A stretch of 62,917 nt of DNA, filler included, from Pelomyxa schiedti (taxonomy: Eukaryota; Protista; Evosea), in NCBI GenBank assembly GCA_020536535.1. It is 12 parts of 12 records of this genome, joined end to end, with 100 filler letters (N's around TTAATTAATTAA, not from the genome) between each part and the next. Parts side by side here need not be neighbours in the genome. Positions count along the whole stretch, not along the records: positions 27,175 to 50,602 come from JAHLWZ010000442.1; positions 50,703 to 53,053 come from JAHLWZ010002027.1; positions 53,154 to 55,172 come from JAHLWZ010002171.1; positions 55,273 to 56,296 come from JAHLWZ010002984.1; positions 56,397 to 57,684 come from JAHLWZ010002618.1; positions 57,785 to 59,753 come from JAHLWZ010000425.1; 6 more parts are not named here. One strand, 5' to 3'. A model generated the notes under the pieces. That model made no database searches. It had not been told where the DNA came from and saw nothing but the letters and a program-made list of their open reading frames with translations. Shown piece after piece: positions 47,350-57,882 of this stretch; positions within the stretch are counted from its first letter, which is position 1, and every line of letters begins with the position of its first letter. A program made the position numbers and the translations under genes.

Positions 47350-48645
47350 ATGGGGACAGAGGAAAGGTACGTGGGGGAGGTGTTGGTGACGGGACCTGGT
47401 GCTGTGGGTAAGACAGCTATGTTGGAAAGGTGTGTGATTTGGATCTGGGTTGTTTCCTTTGTCGCGCCGAACACCAACCCCCATAGGTTTTGCAACCACC
47501 AGTTTTTCTGCTACGAACATGAGTATACGATTGACTTTTCTGTTGCAGTCCTGAATTTCTTTGGTGTACTAAATTTCGATAGTATAAAAAGCAGTTCTCT
47601 GTTGATGGGCATGATGTAGTGTTGGATTTTACTGAGGCGTACTCTTTTCTTTCTTTCCCCACTTCCTCTTACTTGTAGAGCAGTCCTGGCCAATATGAAT
47701 ACTCGGCAATGCGGGATCAAGAGCAAGTTCTTCCCTTTGGTGAAAGTTTTTAACGTCTTCCATATTAGTATTTCCAGTGCCAATGTCATCCTTTTGTGCT
47801 TCTCTGTTGTTGACCGAAACACATTTGAGGAGGCATTGTATGTCTTCGGGCGTCAAATTCGAAGAATATCCATGGTAAAAGCATCTTTCTACAACTATGC
47901 TACAACTTTGTAGGCTGCTGTCCTCCTTGTTGGTTTGAAGTTGGATCTTATTGGGACAGAGGTACGCTCACTTTATTGAGATCCCTAGAGTAATCCTCGT
48001 ACTGGAAAAGACCCAGCACTCTAGCGTATCCCTGGAGGAAGGCTTCTCGGCTGCCATCGAGCTTCAGGCGTATGGTCACTTTCAATGCAGGTTACTTGCT
48101 CTATATTACCATTACCCAGCGAAAAACCTCCACAGCTCCAAAAAGAATATTGGGGTGGAGAATCTTTTTGTGGAAGTTTGTAGGGCTGGCACTTTTGCAG
48201 GTACCTTTTGCAGCCCAAAAAAGCCAGGGTTCTTCTCTTTCTTCTCCAAAAAGCCCCACAGAAAGCCAAAAAGGTATTTTTTTTTGTTCGGCTTTTCTTC
48301 TTCACGTTATAAAAGGTATAAAATCCATTCTCCCGATGTTGTCCAAGCTCCATTGGCTGTTATTCCAAACAATATTTGGTTTGGTGTGTATCTCTAACTT
48401 CCAGTGCCTGCTCTTCCTCACCAACAACAGAAATAATTTATTACTTAGACTTTATTACCCTCATCAGACTATCACGCACCTGCAAGCATTTCTATCACCT
48501 CACAAAAACCGAGCCGCACTGGACCAACATGTCACGCACAGAGTGGACCTACACCGGCCACAGCACCACAGCCAGTTTGGGCCGGAAGGCCCAGTCCTTC
48601 TCCTGGGATGCCAACAAATGCTTCTCCCGCACTACCTCCCTCTAG
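47350..48645 (+). CDS. Ras-like small GTPase with a C-terminal F-box domain (spliced)
   Basis: VLVTGPGAVGKTAML, EYTIDFSYKKQFSVDG, FTEAPGQYEYSAMRDQ, LLCFSVVDRNTFEE, LLVGLKLD, CSSKKNIGVENLF, then LAVIPNNIWFEIIYYLDFITLIRLSRTCKHFYHL..PHW (F-box pattern). Confidence 0.78.
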
Positions 48646-48767
48646 CCCCGCTCCTTGGTGCCTTTGTACCCAAACTTTTCTGTTGAAAAATAAAAAGTGT
48701 TTTCTTTTTGAAAGTCCAAAATTAGTTACAGAGTCAATATAATACACAGTGTTCTGACGTTTTAAAG

Positions 48768-49979
48768 TTACACAAGACGGCTGCTGCTGCTTCTGACAGA
48801 CCCTGTTGTTGAGTTTAAGAGAGGTAATGAAAACACGTCGTGCGTGTTTATGGTAAAAAAAAAAGGCGGGGTAACATACAAATTGTGACAGGGGTTGATT
48901 GAGCACCAACTGCGTTTACTGACACAACCACGCCCTTTTGGGTGATATACACCCTGGCTCCAGACTGTGCCCCGCAGTGCAACTCGACTGTGCCCTTCAC
49001 GTACTCGCACGTGGCTGGGTCCAATACGTCGAGTGACGTCCGGGCTTGTGTGAGTCCGCACGTGGTCACTACCACAACGTCGCTCTTATCGGTGTTCAGA
49101 GAGTAAAGCTGCCCACTTTGTGCTGTTTGTGTTGTAAGCCGATCTTCAACGGAAATGTTTCTATATATATATGCATACACTATCCATAACCGGCACTTAT
49201 TTGCATAAGCTTTATAATACTAATACATACAAAAAAAAAAAATTAATAAGTGGTGGAGGCCAACAAACCCTCAAATGAGACCGGCAGGGCACCAGTGACT
49301 GGAATGGCGTCTCCACAGGGAGTACTATAAACATTGTGGGCCACGGCGGCAGCCGCGGCACCAACAGTAAGTATTTTTATCGAATCGAGCTCTTCCTCCT
49401 TCCCCTGGTCCCCTAATTTTTTCCACGCCACGTCGGTCACGGCCGAACTCCTGACGAATTCGAGGACCGACGCCGCCCAGGCGCCCCAGCCCAAACGAGT
49501 GGCTCCCTCCTCGACGATGTTGTTGTTGTTGTTCTCGTTTGTGTTTGCTGTGGCGGCAGCGAAATTATCGGCTCCCCCTCCTGCTCTTAGTGTTTGTGGC
49601 GAGACGGCACCGTCGTCGGTTTTCGCGGATGTCGCCGATTGGTGGATGAAGAGGCACGCGGAAGCGACGACGAGAACGGCCGCCACGCACAGNNNNNNNN
49701 NNNNNNNNNNNNNNNNNNNNNNNNNNNNNNNNNNNNNNNNNNNNNNNNNNNNNNNNNNNNNNNNNNNNNNNNNNNNNNNNNNNNNNNNNNNNCTCCCCCT
49801 CCTGCTCTTAGTGTTTGTGGCGAGACGGCACCGTCGTCGGTTTTCGCGGATGTCGCCGATTGGTGGATGAAGAGGCACGCGGAAGCGACGACGAGAACGG
49901 CCGCCACGCACAGTGCGAAGACGACGACGAGTCTCTTTTTTGTGGTGGCACCCCAACACGCGTAGCGGCGTGGGATCAT
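48768..49979 (-). CDS. Type II membrane or secreted protein, copy B (contains a 100-N gap with duplicated flanks)
   Basis: Near-identical to copy A at the nucleotide level across most exons. Confidence 0.7.
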
Positions 49980-50300
49980 GTGTGTTTTGGCTTTTATTGC
50001 TTGTTTGTGTTGTTTTGTTGTTCTTTGTTGGGCCCGCAACTTCGCGAATGCCTTTTCCCACTTTTTCTTTTTCTGCCGCCTTTTCTCTGATCAAGATTTT
50101 TCGAATTTGTTTTCTCTGCGAACTTTCCAGTTGAACATACGTGATGACTCTTTTCATGCAACGAATCAGAGAGATCTGCGCAACAACGACGTGTCACGAA
50201 GGTTCTTGACATCATTGGACTTTGTTAACTATGTACGGACTTCGTTGTTGTGTAGAAATCAATTGGGCAGTGGAGTGTGTATGCCTATGATAGCAGGCAG

Positions 50301-50602
50301 TTACCCAGCACGCAACCTAACACTCAAGTTATTTCCTTGCATACACCCAACATAAATTTAAGTTTGCTTGGTGATACTCAGTCATTTAATTAATTCGGTT
50401 CTTAATAGTTCGTTAGGTACTACCTCACTACGAGGTGGAGTGTCGACTCCTTCTGGATGTCATAGTCTGCGAGGGTGCGTCCGTCCTCGAGCTGTTTCCC
50501 CGCGAATATTATCCTCTGGTCGGCGAACAGGATGCCCAACTTGTTTTGGAGCTGTCTCTTGATCTGCTCTATCGTGTCACTGCACTCCACGTTCACGTTC
50601 AC
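50301..50602 (-). CDS. C-terminal ubiquitin-like domain (5' end truncated), ending LHLVVRLRAG
   Basis: [56 protein letters not shown]; a GT-AG intron at 50423-50317 adds LRAG*. Confidence 0.85.
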
Positions 50603-50702
50603 NNNNNNNNNNNNNNNNNNNNNNNNNNNNNNNNNNNNNNNNNNNNTTAATTAATTAANNNNNNNNNNNNNNNNNNNNNNNNNNNNNNNNNNNNNNNNNN
50701 NN

Positions 50703-50957
50703 ACACGGCCTGAGAACCCAATCCTCAGCCCACATCCTGAACACTGTGGTTGATTGAATCCACTCAATCATGGACTGTGAAACACAACAACCACGACCAC
50801 CAACACCAAGCCACAAGGAAAGATAAGAGGGACTTGCACGATTTCTTCTTGTTTCAGACATTGGCGCACAAAGAACGGCCATCGCTTGTGATTTGGCCGT
50901 TGTTGTTGTTGTGGTCCCTTGTGTTCGTTGCTGTGTTGTGGATTCGTTCTGTCCCAT
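50703..50957 (-). CDS. 5' fragment of an expanded-family member with MGQNES start (truncated)
   Basis: MGQNEST..TAKSQAMAVLCAPM..MIEWIQSTTVFRMWAEDWVLRPC; tandem paralog of 51094-52272. Confidence 0.8.
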
Positions 50958-51093
50958 AATCGTGGTGCGTGTTGTGCGTCAACGACAACCCGCCGACGGC
51001 TCCTTCCAAGAAATGATTGATTGGGTCATTCACACAGATTGACCCCCAATCAATCATCAAAAAAAAGTTTTTCTTTAAGGCACCACTTCTGTT

Positions 51094-52272
51094 TTATAAC
51101 ACTTTTGGGTTGAAGAAAAACAAGGAGGAGTCGAAGGGAACAGTGAAATCACCAACGTGGAACCCTGTGTCACCCTCATGCACTGAAAACGTGATTTCTT
51201 TGGATCCTTTGTCATTGACAGGGTGTTGGTATGACGTTGATGCAATGAGGCATGACTTGCGTGTGCTTTTTGATGGTGCTGCCCATGTGCATGGAACACA
51301 AATGGTTGGTTTTGATTTCATGTTTCCTGTGTTGAACACCTGGAACTGGTTGTCAGCCCTCACAAACACGTGCATGGTTCCCACTGGAATGACTGCAGCG
51401 AACTGTGGAAAATCCACCACTCGCTTGTTGGTTGCGCTGTTTACAGCGAAATAAGCATTCATGGAATATTCAAAATGAAGTGTGCACATTGAGCAATCAG
51501 GCGTCCACAGCACACTCTCTGTATGGCCACAGATCACTTTTGAACTCACAACCAAATTCCCTTGGTTGGTGCCGGCTTCCAAGTCACAAAAACTCAAAAT
51601 GGAGGTGTCAGCTCTTGAGGGAATTCTTGAAGATACCACAACAACGTCATCATTGAACGGTGAAAAATGAAGCATTGATGACATCTCCTTACAATGCGGC
51701 ATCAACGACTTAGCAAAATTCAGCTCAAGAATACAACCAGGTTGAACCACATCACCATCAACAACCCTCCAAACACACATTTCTCTAGAATTGTGGAATC
51801 CAACAGTCCACTTTCTGTTGCAATACAGCTGTATACATGGTGCATCCACAGTTCCAACTGGTCTTGGCTCTGCTCCATCACAACCAACTTCCACAATTGT
51901 GTGTTTCGTCGCAGAGCTCCCAGTGAGGCGCCAATTCAGCATGAACCTGTGGTGCCCCACACAGCCATACACAATGACAGAGTTTCTCGAGAACCAGGAG
52001 TGCCTGACAACTCCCAGTGTTGGTGACACACTCACAAACAAGAAGTGGTCTCTGATTGGGAGCCTGAACACAGCTTCGTCACACGGCCTGAGCACCCAGT
52101 CCTCAGCCCACGCCCTGAACACTTCAGTTGATTGAATCCACTCAATCATGGACTGTGGGGCACAACAACAACCCCCACTACCATCAACACCGCCATGTGG
52201 TGGTGGCTCCGTTGTTGTTGTTGTTTCTGATGTTAGTCTTCTTCTTGCCATTGGGGCACAAAGGAGGGCCAT
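51094..52272 (-). CDS. Intronless ~390 aa expanded-family member; the upstream MGQNEST start (52381) is out of frame
   Basis: MALLCAPM..EWIQSTEVFRAWAEDWVLRP, VSPTLGVV, CNRKWTV, FSPFNDDV, VPCTWA, VHEGDTG. Confidence 0.8.
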   Translation of the reverse strand: MALLCAPMARRRLTSETTTTTEPPPHGGVDGSGGCCCAPQSMIEWIQSTEVFRAWAEDWVLRPCDEAVFRLPIRDHFLFVSVSPTLGVVRHSWFSRNSVIVYGCVGHHRFMLNWRLTGSSATKHTIVEVGCDGAEPRPVGTVDAPCIQLYCNRKWTVGFHNSREMCVWRVVDGDVVQPGCILELNFAKSLMPHCKEMSSMLHFSPFNDDVVVVSSRIPSRADTSILSFCDLEAGTNQGNLVVSSKVICGHTESVLWTPDCSMCTLHFEYSMNAYFAVNSATNKRVVDFPQFAAVIPVGTMHVFVRADNQFQVFNTGNMKSKPTICVPCTWAAPSKSTRKSCLIASTSYQHPVNDKGSKEITFSVHEGDTGFHVGDFTVPFDSSLFFFNPKVL

Positions 52273-52742
52273 CACTTGTGACTTGGCAGTGGTCAGTATT
52301 TATGGGGTGACATTTCGCTCTCTCTCGCTGTTGTTGTTCCAGTTGTTGTTTTTGTGTCATCGTGGATTCGTTTTGTCCCATTGTGCCTTTCCGTCAGGGT
52401 TGTTATTTCAAGTATGTACTTGGCAGTCCCGTTTTGAAATTTCGTTGCCAAGTACCTGTTAGAGCGTTGTTTTCGTTGAGGTCGCACCTTTTCCCCTAAA
52501 TCAACGTGTGTGGTGAGTCGAGGCACAAAGCTCCTTTTTTTGCTTACTCTCTGGGTTGTTCAACAAGAACCATCTGTAGGGATGAAGGGGTGTAGTGTAC
52601 CCTGCAGGACTACGAACCGACCGTACGAAAAGGATAAGGGATTCTCTTAATTCCCGTTATCGTCTGACGATAACAGACGTCTGTTACATCCCTGCTTTCC
52701 GTTGTCTTTGTTCTGTTACCACAGACTTCATTCACAGAAATC

Positions 52743-53053
52743 ATGAGCGACGAGGTTGTTGTGAGGGTGACGGGGCTCAGGTGCGAGGAGCAGATGCAGG
52801 CACTGGCCGCGTGCACCCTCGCGCGGTGCGGCGCCCGCAGCCCCGCCAGGTCCCTCACCCCCGCTGCCCTCTCTCTCCTGTGGGACTCCCTCACCCGCGG
52901 CGAGCGGTGCATCACCCCCCTCCGCCTGGTGATTCGCCGGCGCCCCGCCTCGGTGCGCACCCCCGCCCGCGCCCCCCACGCCCTCCGCCTGGCCGTCTGC
53001 CCGCTCCTGGGCAGCCTCCTCCTCCCCCTCCCCCGCCCGCCGCTCGCCCCGTT
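52743..53053 (+). CDS. 5' fragment of an expanded-family member (truncated)
   Basis: CEEQMQALAACTLARCGARSPARSLTPAALSLLWDSL..VCPLLG. Confidence 0.75.
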
Positions 53054-53153
53054 NNNNNNNNNNNNNNNNNNNNNNNNNNNNNNNNNNNNNNNNNNNNTTA
53101 ATTAATTAANNNNNNNNNNNNNNNNNNNNNNNNNNNNNNNNNNNNNNNNNNNN

Positions 53154-53407
53154 GCGTAACCCAGGAATCAGCAGAGACCAGCGATGGCAACAGCATCCAC
53201 GCTTGCGTGCTCGATCCAGCGACTGGCACTGTTCTGATCCAACTGAGGCAGGAAGCCATCATCACAAGTGAGGAGGATGACGAAGAAGGGCACCAGTCAC
53301 CGAATCTCCCACGGCCAGCCTCACCCCCTTGGCCCGCACCACCAATCTCACAATCCAGACGCCCGAGGTTCGTATGCACCCGCACCCACGTGGCCACCTA
53401 CTTCTAA
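53154..53407 (+). CDS. 3' fragment of an expanded-family member
   Basis: HACVLDPATGTVLIQL matches the family C-terminal DxxTG motif; may be the end of the gene starting at 52743. Confidence 0.55.
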
Positions 53408-54190
53408 ACCCAATCAATTTCGCTGCACCATCCTCATAGCATCAATATTAAAACTTACTGTTTAAAGACTCGTTGTTACTGTTTTTTTTTCTGGAGAATC
53501 CCCACCCTTGTTGTTAGAGCACTTCTCTGCTACTCTCCCCTCCCACCCCATCCCGCCTCACTTCTCTGCCCTGCACCCCTCCCCTCCGTCCAAGCCTTTT
53601 CTTTTTTTGTTGCCCCCCACACCCAGCAGTTTTTTTTTTTCAGCCCCACTTTTGGCTACACAGGGGGCGAGTCAAATGAGAAAAACAGAATTTTTTAGTG
53701 AGCAAGGCAGCGTGAAGCGGCCCGATTTGTTGATGTTTTGTGCCGCGGGGCGGTTGGCGCTGCACCGCGGCGGCACCCGAATCGGGTCTCGCCGCGGCTG
53801 CGCGGCCTTTACATAAATGGGTTTTGGTGATTGTTCAGTGGCTGGGTCTTTTGATTATCACTAGAACCACAAAAAAAATCGACGAGGGGAGGCCATGCCA
53901 CCAGGTGGTGAAGAGGAACAAGCAGTGGACAAGCAGTACCCATTTGCTTTTTGTCTTCTTCACCACAACTTGTTATTATTTTATTTATCAGAGTGTTTGT
54001 GGCGGGGAGCCGCGGAGGGGTGGTTAGAGCTATAGAACTGGGGAAGCGGATTTTAGTGGGATGTGTGGGGATAGCTTGAAAGCCGAATCTCTCAGAGGCA
54101 CAGTGGGGAGCAAACAACCGCAAACCCACACCAATAACACCACTGAGAAAAAGGGGATTGTCTTAGTTACTCCCGCACTATGCGGCTTCA

Positions 54191-54345
54191 CCACCACAAA
54201 CTACTTCTCTAATTTACGGTGGGTGTTTCAGGTCTTCTGATAGAGGAAGCCTGGAACGCGTCACTTGGGATTTGGTGGGAAAAAGCGCTTGTTTGCTCAG
54301 CCAGGGATTCTGGGTCAAATCTAACGAATAGCTCGAATTCCTGGG
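54191..54345 (+). ncRNA. Candidate structured RNA (two adjacent G.U-containing hairpins)
   Basis: gtgtttcagg/cctggaacgc plus tcttct/agagga, and ccagggattc/gaattcctgg; no family recognised. Confidence 0.25.
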
Positions 54346-54538
54346 GTAGCCCAAATCTCGGTTAATATTTTATCTATTATTAATTAAAATTATTAATTAT
54401 TAAAGCCACACCAGTATGTGGCTTCTTCTTTCTTCGTTTTCTCACATGGGATAATTTAGGTGCTGGTGGTTGTTATGTTAGCAGTGGCAGGCAGGTTGCC
54501 CACCTAAGTGTAAAAAAAAAAGCACACCAGTGTGCAAG

Positions 54539-54605
54539 TAAGCTCCTGCCAACCTAGTCAGGCTTTTGCCAATGAATCAGGTTTACAGAACCCAGGAAAT
54601 AACAC
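54539..54605 (+). repeat. Short dispersed repeat, copy 3
   Basis: Shares its 5' half with 262-312 (reverse complement) and its 3' half with 4732-4795. Confidence 0.8.
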
Positions 54606-56396
54606 CCAAAAAGCACAAAATTACCATCAAATTGCAACTCTGTGGTTGATATTGTGTAAAAATCCTTGCTATTTTTGTTCAGTTGAGTGTCATTTTTTGT
54701 GGAAAACCTTGGTGTTCAAAACAAACAGTTGTGTAAAATGCAAGGTGACCACTGGTGTTCTTCATAGCGTGGTACTGGTGGCAGCAAGTTGACAGCAAAG
54801 TGCAATAGTGTTACGTGGCACTTGTTTTAATGTATGCCTTTGTGTGAAGGTGTCAGTTTTGCACCATGCCAAAGGACATATCTAGACATAGTTAGAACAA
54901 GCTGATGCTGAGTGTGATGAAGTCTGATGACTGTTACATAGACTGGGAAAAAAACTTACTTGGTGGCAACATAATAATAGACAAGAGGATAAGAACAAGA
55001 GGTTTCACCTGGGCCTTGAAACAAGTGTTTCCAACAACCCTTTCATTTGCCGGAATAAAGCCAGTTGTGCTCCAGAAGTTCTCTACACCCCACTAAATGG
55101 TAGTAAGGAAAAGTAACTCATTACACAGAACAATGACTCCACTCCATGTGTTGTGGTTATTAACTTAGGTTANNNNNNNNNNNNNNNNNNNNNNNNNNNN
55201 NNNNNNNNNNNNNNNNTTAATTAATTAANNNNNNNNNNNNNNNNNNNNNNNNNNNNNNNNNNNNNNNNNNNNTAACCCCTTTCAGAACAATTCCCGAATT
55301 TGTCACTGTTGTGGCCTTACCTTACTCCGCGTTGCAGCAAGGGCACAGCACCGCTGATGATGGCAAAATTGCTCAAATGAAGCAGTCTGTTACGAGGAAT
55401 ATGTGCAGTACCCATTCCCAGAGCGGAACCTCAAGTGTTTTATGGATGTGATGGCCAAAGCACCAGATCCAACTGCTGAAAGTGTTGCCATTGAACTTGA
55501 GGCTCTCAATGTACACCAGAACTCCCACCCACATTGGCCTAACTCAATGTTCAGCACTCAACAGACCACCGGAAAAGCAATAATTACTGTCAAAAAGCTG
55601 CAACATTCTTCAGGATTGATTGAACCACTTAAGCAATGTTCAGCACTGCCCAGCTGACAAATCTCTCTCTACACAACTTTTCACAGGAGACATACTTCTC
55701 AAAAAGTGTGCTCTTCCATGGGACCTGATTGTAGCAAAAGGAAGAACTAGATTTTCCTTTGCAAGAAGTCTGAAGGAACTAGTTTTCTGAAAAAACTTGA
55801 AGATCAGGAGAAGGGAAACAACTTAATTGCCTATGGGGAGGTTATAAGCTACTATTAGTAATGCTATTCTGAGGGCCTTGCTTCTTTTGGATAATTTTTT
55901 AACAACCTGCGTTTTTACATGACCCACTCAGAATCTCATCACCTCAAAACTTGGTTTTAATGTGTGTGCTCTGGCTCTCTGAGACAACATCAGCTATTTG
56001 GGAATTGAACCTCCTTGGCTGTTGATCAGAGGAGATACCTGAGACAAACATTGATTCACAAGGTATGATAACTGGAAGTTCCACAGTGGAAAAGGCATTC
56101 AGTAACACAGCACTTGGTTCAGACTGATGGGTTCTGTTTCTACAATTAATGTAGTGCATGAAAGAAACACTATTGCAATAGAATCATGAACAGAGGCTCA
56201 ACAGACATGGCAACAGTTGCAACCTCAGCAGCTTTTGACTGCAGTCATACAGTACCAAGCTTGACCTACGCACACCCTGAGGAGGAATCTACACATNNNN
56301 NNNNNNNNNNNNNNNNNNNNNNNNNNNNNNNNNNNNNNNNTTAATTAATTAANNNNNNNNNNNNNNNNNNNNNNNNNNNNNNNNNNNNNNNNNNNN

Positions 56397-57684
56397 ACAG
56401 TTCCATAGGATCCGACTCCAAGTGTGGAAACAACTTTCAGGTCTTTCTCTTGGATTGACATGCTTGATTTGATTCGAACCTTGATTTGAACAACAACTCC
56501 GTTTCTGCTGCCGCTGTCTTGTTGTTGTTCTTGCTGTCGTTGTTGAATGTCACCCAAGGTGATGGATGAATCTGTCGGCAGCAGTTCCTCAGAGTTGTTG
56601 TTTTCTGAACTGGCGGTGAAAATCACTTGTTGTGTTGGTTCAACTCCAAATTTCCTTGAAACGATAAGCTTCACAATCTTTTTTTTGACCAAAACAACCA
56701 ATTAGAAGAAACATTTCAAACAACGGAGAAAGAGAAATAAAAGAAGAAAGGGGGGAAGGCTGCACAAGAAAAGAAAAGAAAGGAAGGAAATCACCATTTG
56801 AAGGGGACAGGATCCACACACAATTTCATCAAAAGAGGGAAGGTTCTCAAACGCGATCCTGAGTTGCGATTGCTTGCAGCCATTGTTGGTATTATTGTTT
56901 TCAGGGAGGAGAATGTTGCGCCACGTGCCTTCTCCTTGTTCAACATGTGACATCACATGATTTGTGTCTGTATTGACAGAATTAGAATTGAGTTGGTGTG
57001 GTGCTGTTATATTGCTGCATGTATGTCGTGTGTGTGTGGGGTTGAGAAAAAAAAAAAGGAGGAGGGGATGGAGTGTGTGTTGAGTGGGCAGCAAGCACAA
57101 ACAGCGTTGGAGATCACGAAATCTTTGTTGGTCAGATGCTCTCTCGTCACAAAACATTTTCAGGTTCTTTGCACTTTCTTCCTCCAATGTTGTTATGTGT
57201 GCCTCCAGTTCCGTGAGTTCTGTTTTTGGAAAAAGGGGGAAAAAAAAACCCCTCAGTGAGGAGGGAGCCAATGATGAGGTGTGTTCAAACCCTTGTTCTT
57301 TGCAGTCATGTCGGACACGGTTTTTTCTTGCAACATTTGGAGCTCCATCTGTGTGTGGATGCATGTTGTTAAACAACAAAACACGCACACGCACACACAC
57401 ACAAGCACACAAGCACACAAGCACACATACACACACCTCTGAATTATGTTTCCCTTGATGATGTGCACCACATGAATGAGATGATGAGAAACGCAAAAAA
57501 AGAAGATCTGAAAGGAGAAGGAAGGAGGAAAGGAGAGCACAAACATTGTTGTTGAAGCTCACAAAATCTTTGTTGGTTGTCTCTTTCTCTTTCTTCATAG
57601 ATTCGTTTCATTTCTTCAATTCTTTGTCGAGTGGACACATGTTGTTTTCTTTCTTCGTGGAGAAGATTCAGGTTCTTTGTGTTT
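56397..57684 (-). CDS. Internal fragment of a protein kinase gene: coiled-coil repeats, possible ubiquitin-like segment, start of kinase domain
   Basis: Repeated ..ERxxDQQRF.. coiled-coil exons; IVSRKFGVEPTQQVIF; IQEKDLKVVSTLGVGSYGT (Gly-rich loop) at the linker edge. Confidence 0.7.
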
Positions 57685-57784
57685 NNNNNNNNNNNNNNNN
57701 NNNNNNNNNNNNNNNNNNNNNNNNNNNNTTAATTAATTAANNNNNNNNNNNNNNNNNNNNNNNNNNNNNNNNNNNNNNNNNNNN

Positions 57785-57850
57785 GACACAGACACAGACA
57801 CAGACACAGACACAGACACAGACAACACACAGACACACATACACACACCT
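57785..57850. repeat. (GACACA)n microsatellite at contig start
   Basis: Directly visible. Confidence 0.9.
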
Positions 57851-57882
57851 CAACACACTCAACTCAACCAACTGAAAATGAA

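Noticed and set aside
49572-49913. About 120-nt direct repeat on either side of a 100-N gap
   Set aside because: Looks like an unmerged contig overlap; paralog copy A has the segment only once.
55273-56296. Short ORFs on both strands of this small contig
   Set aside because: No recognisable motif or consistent exon chain; cannot support a gene call.
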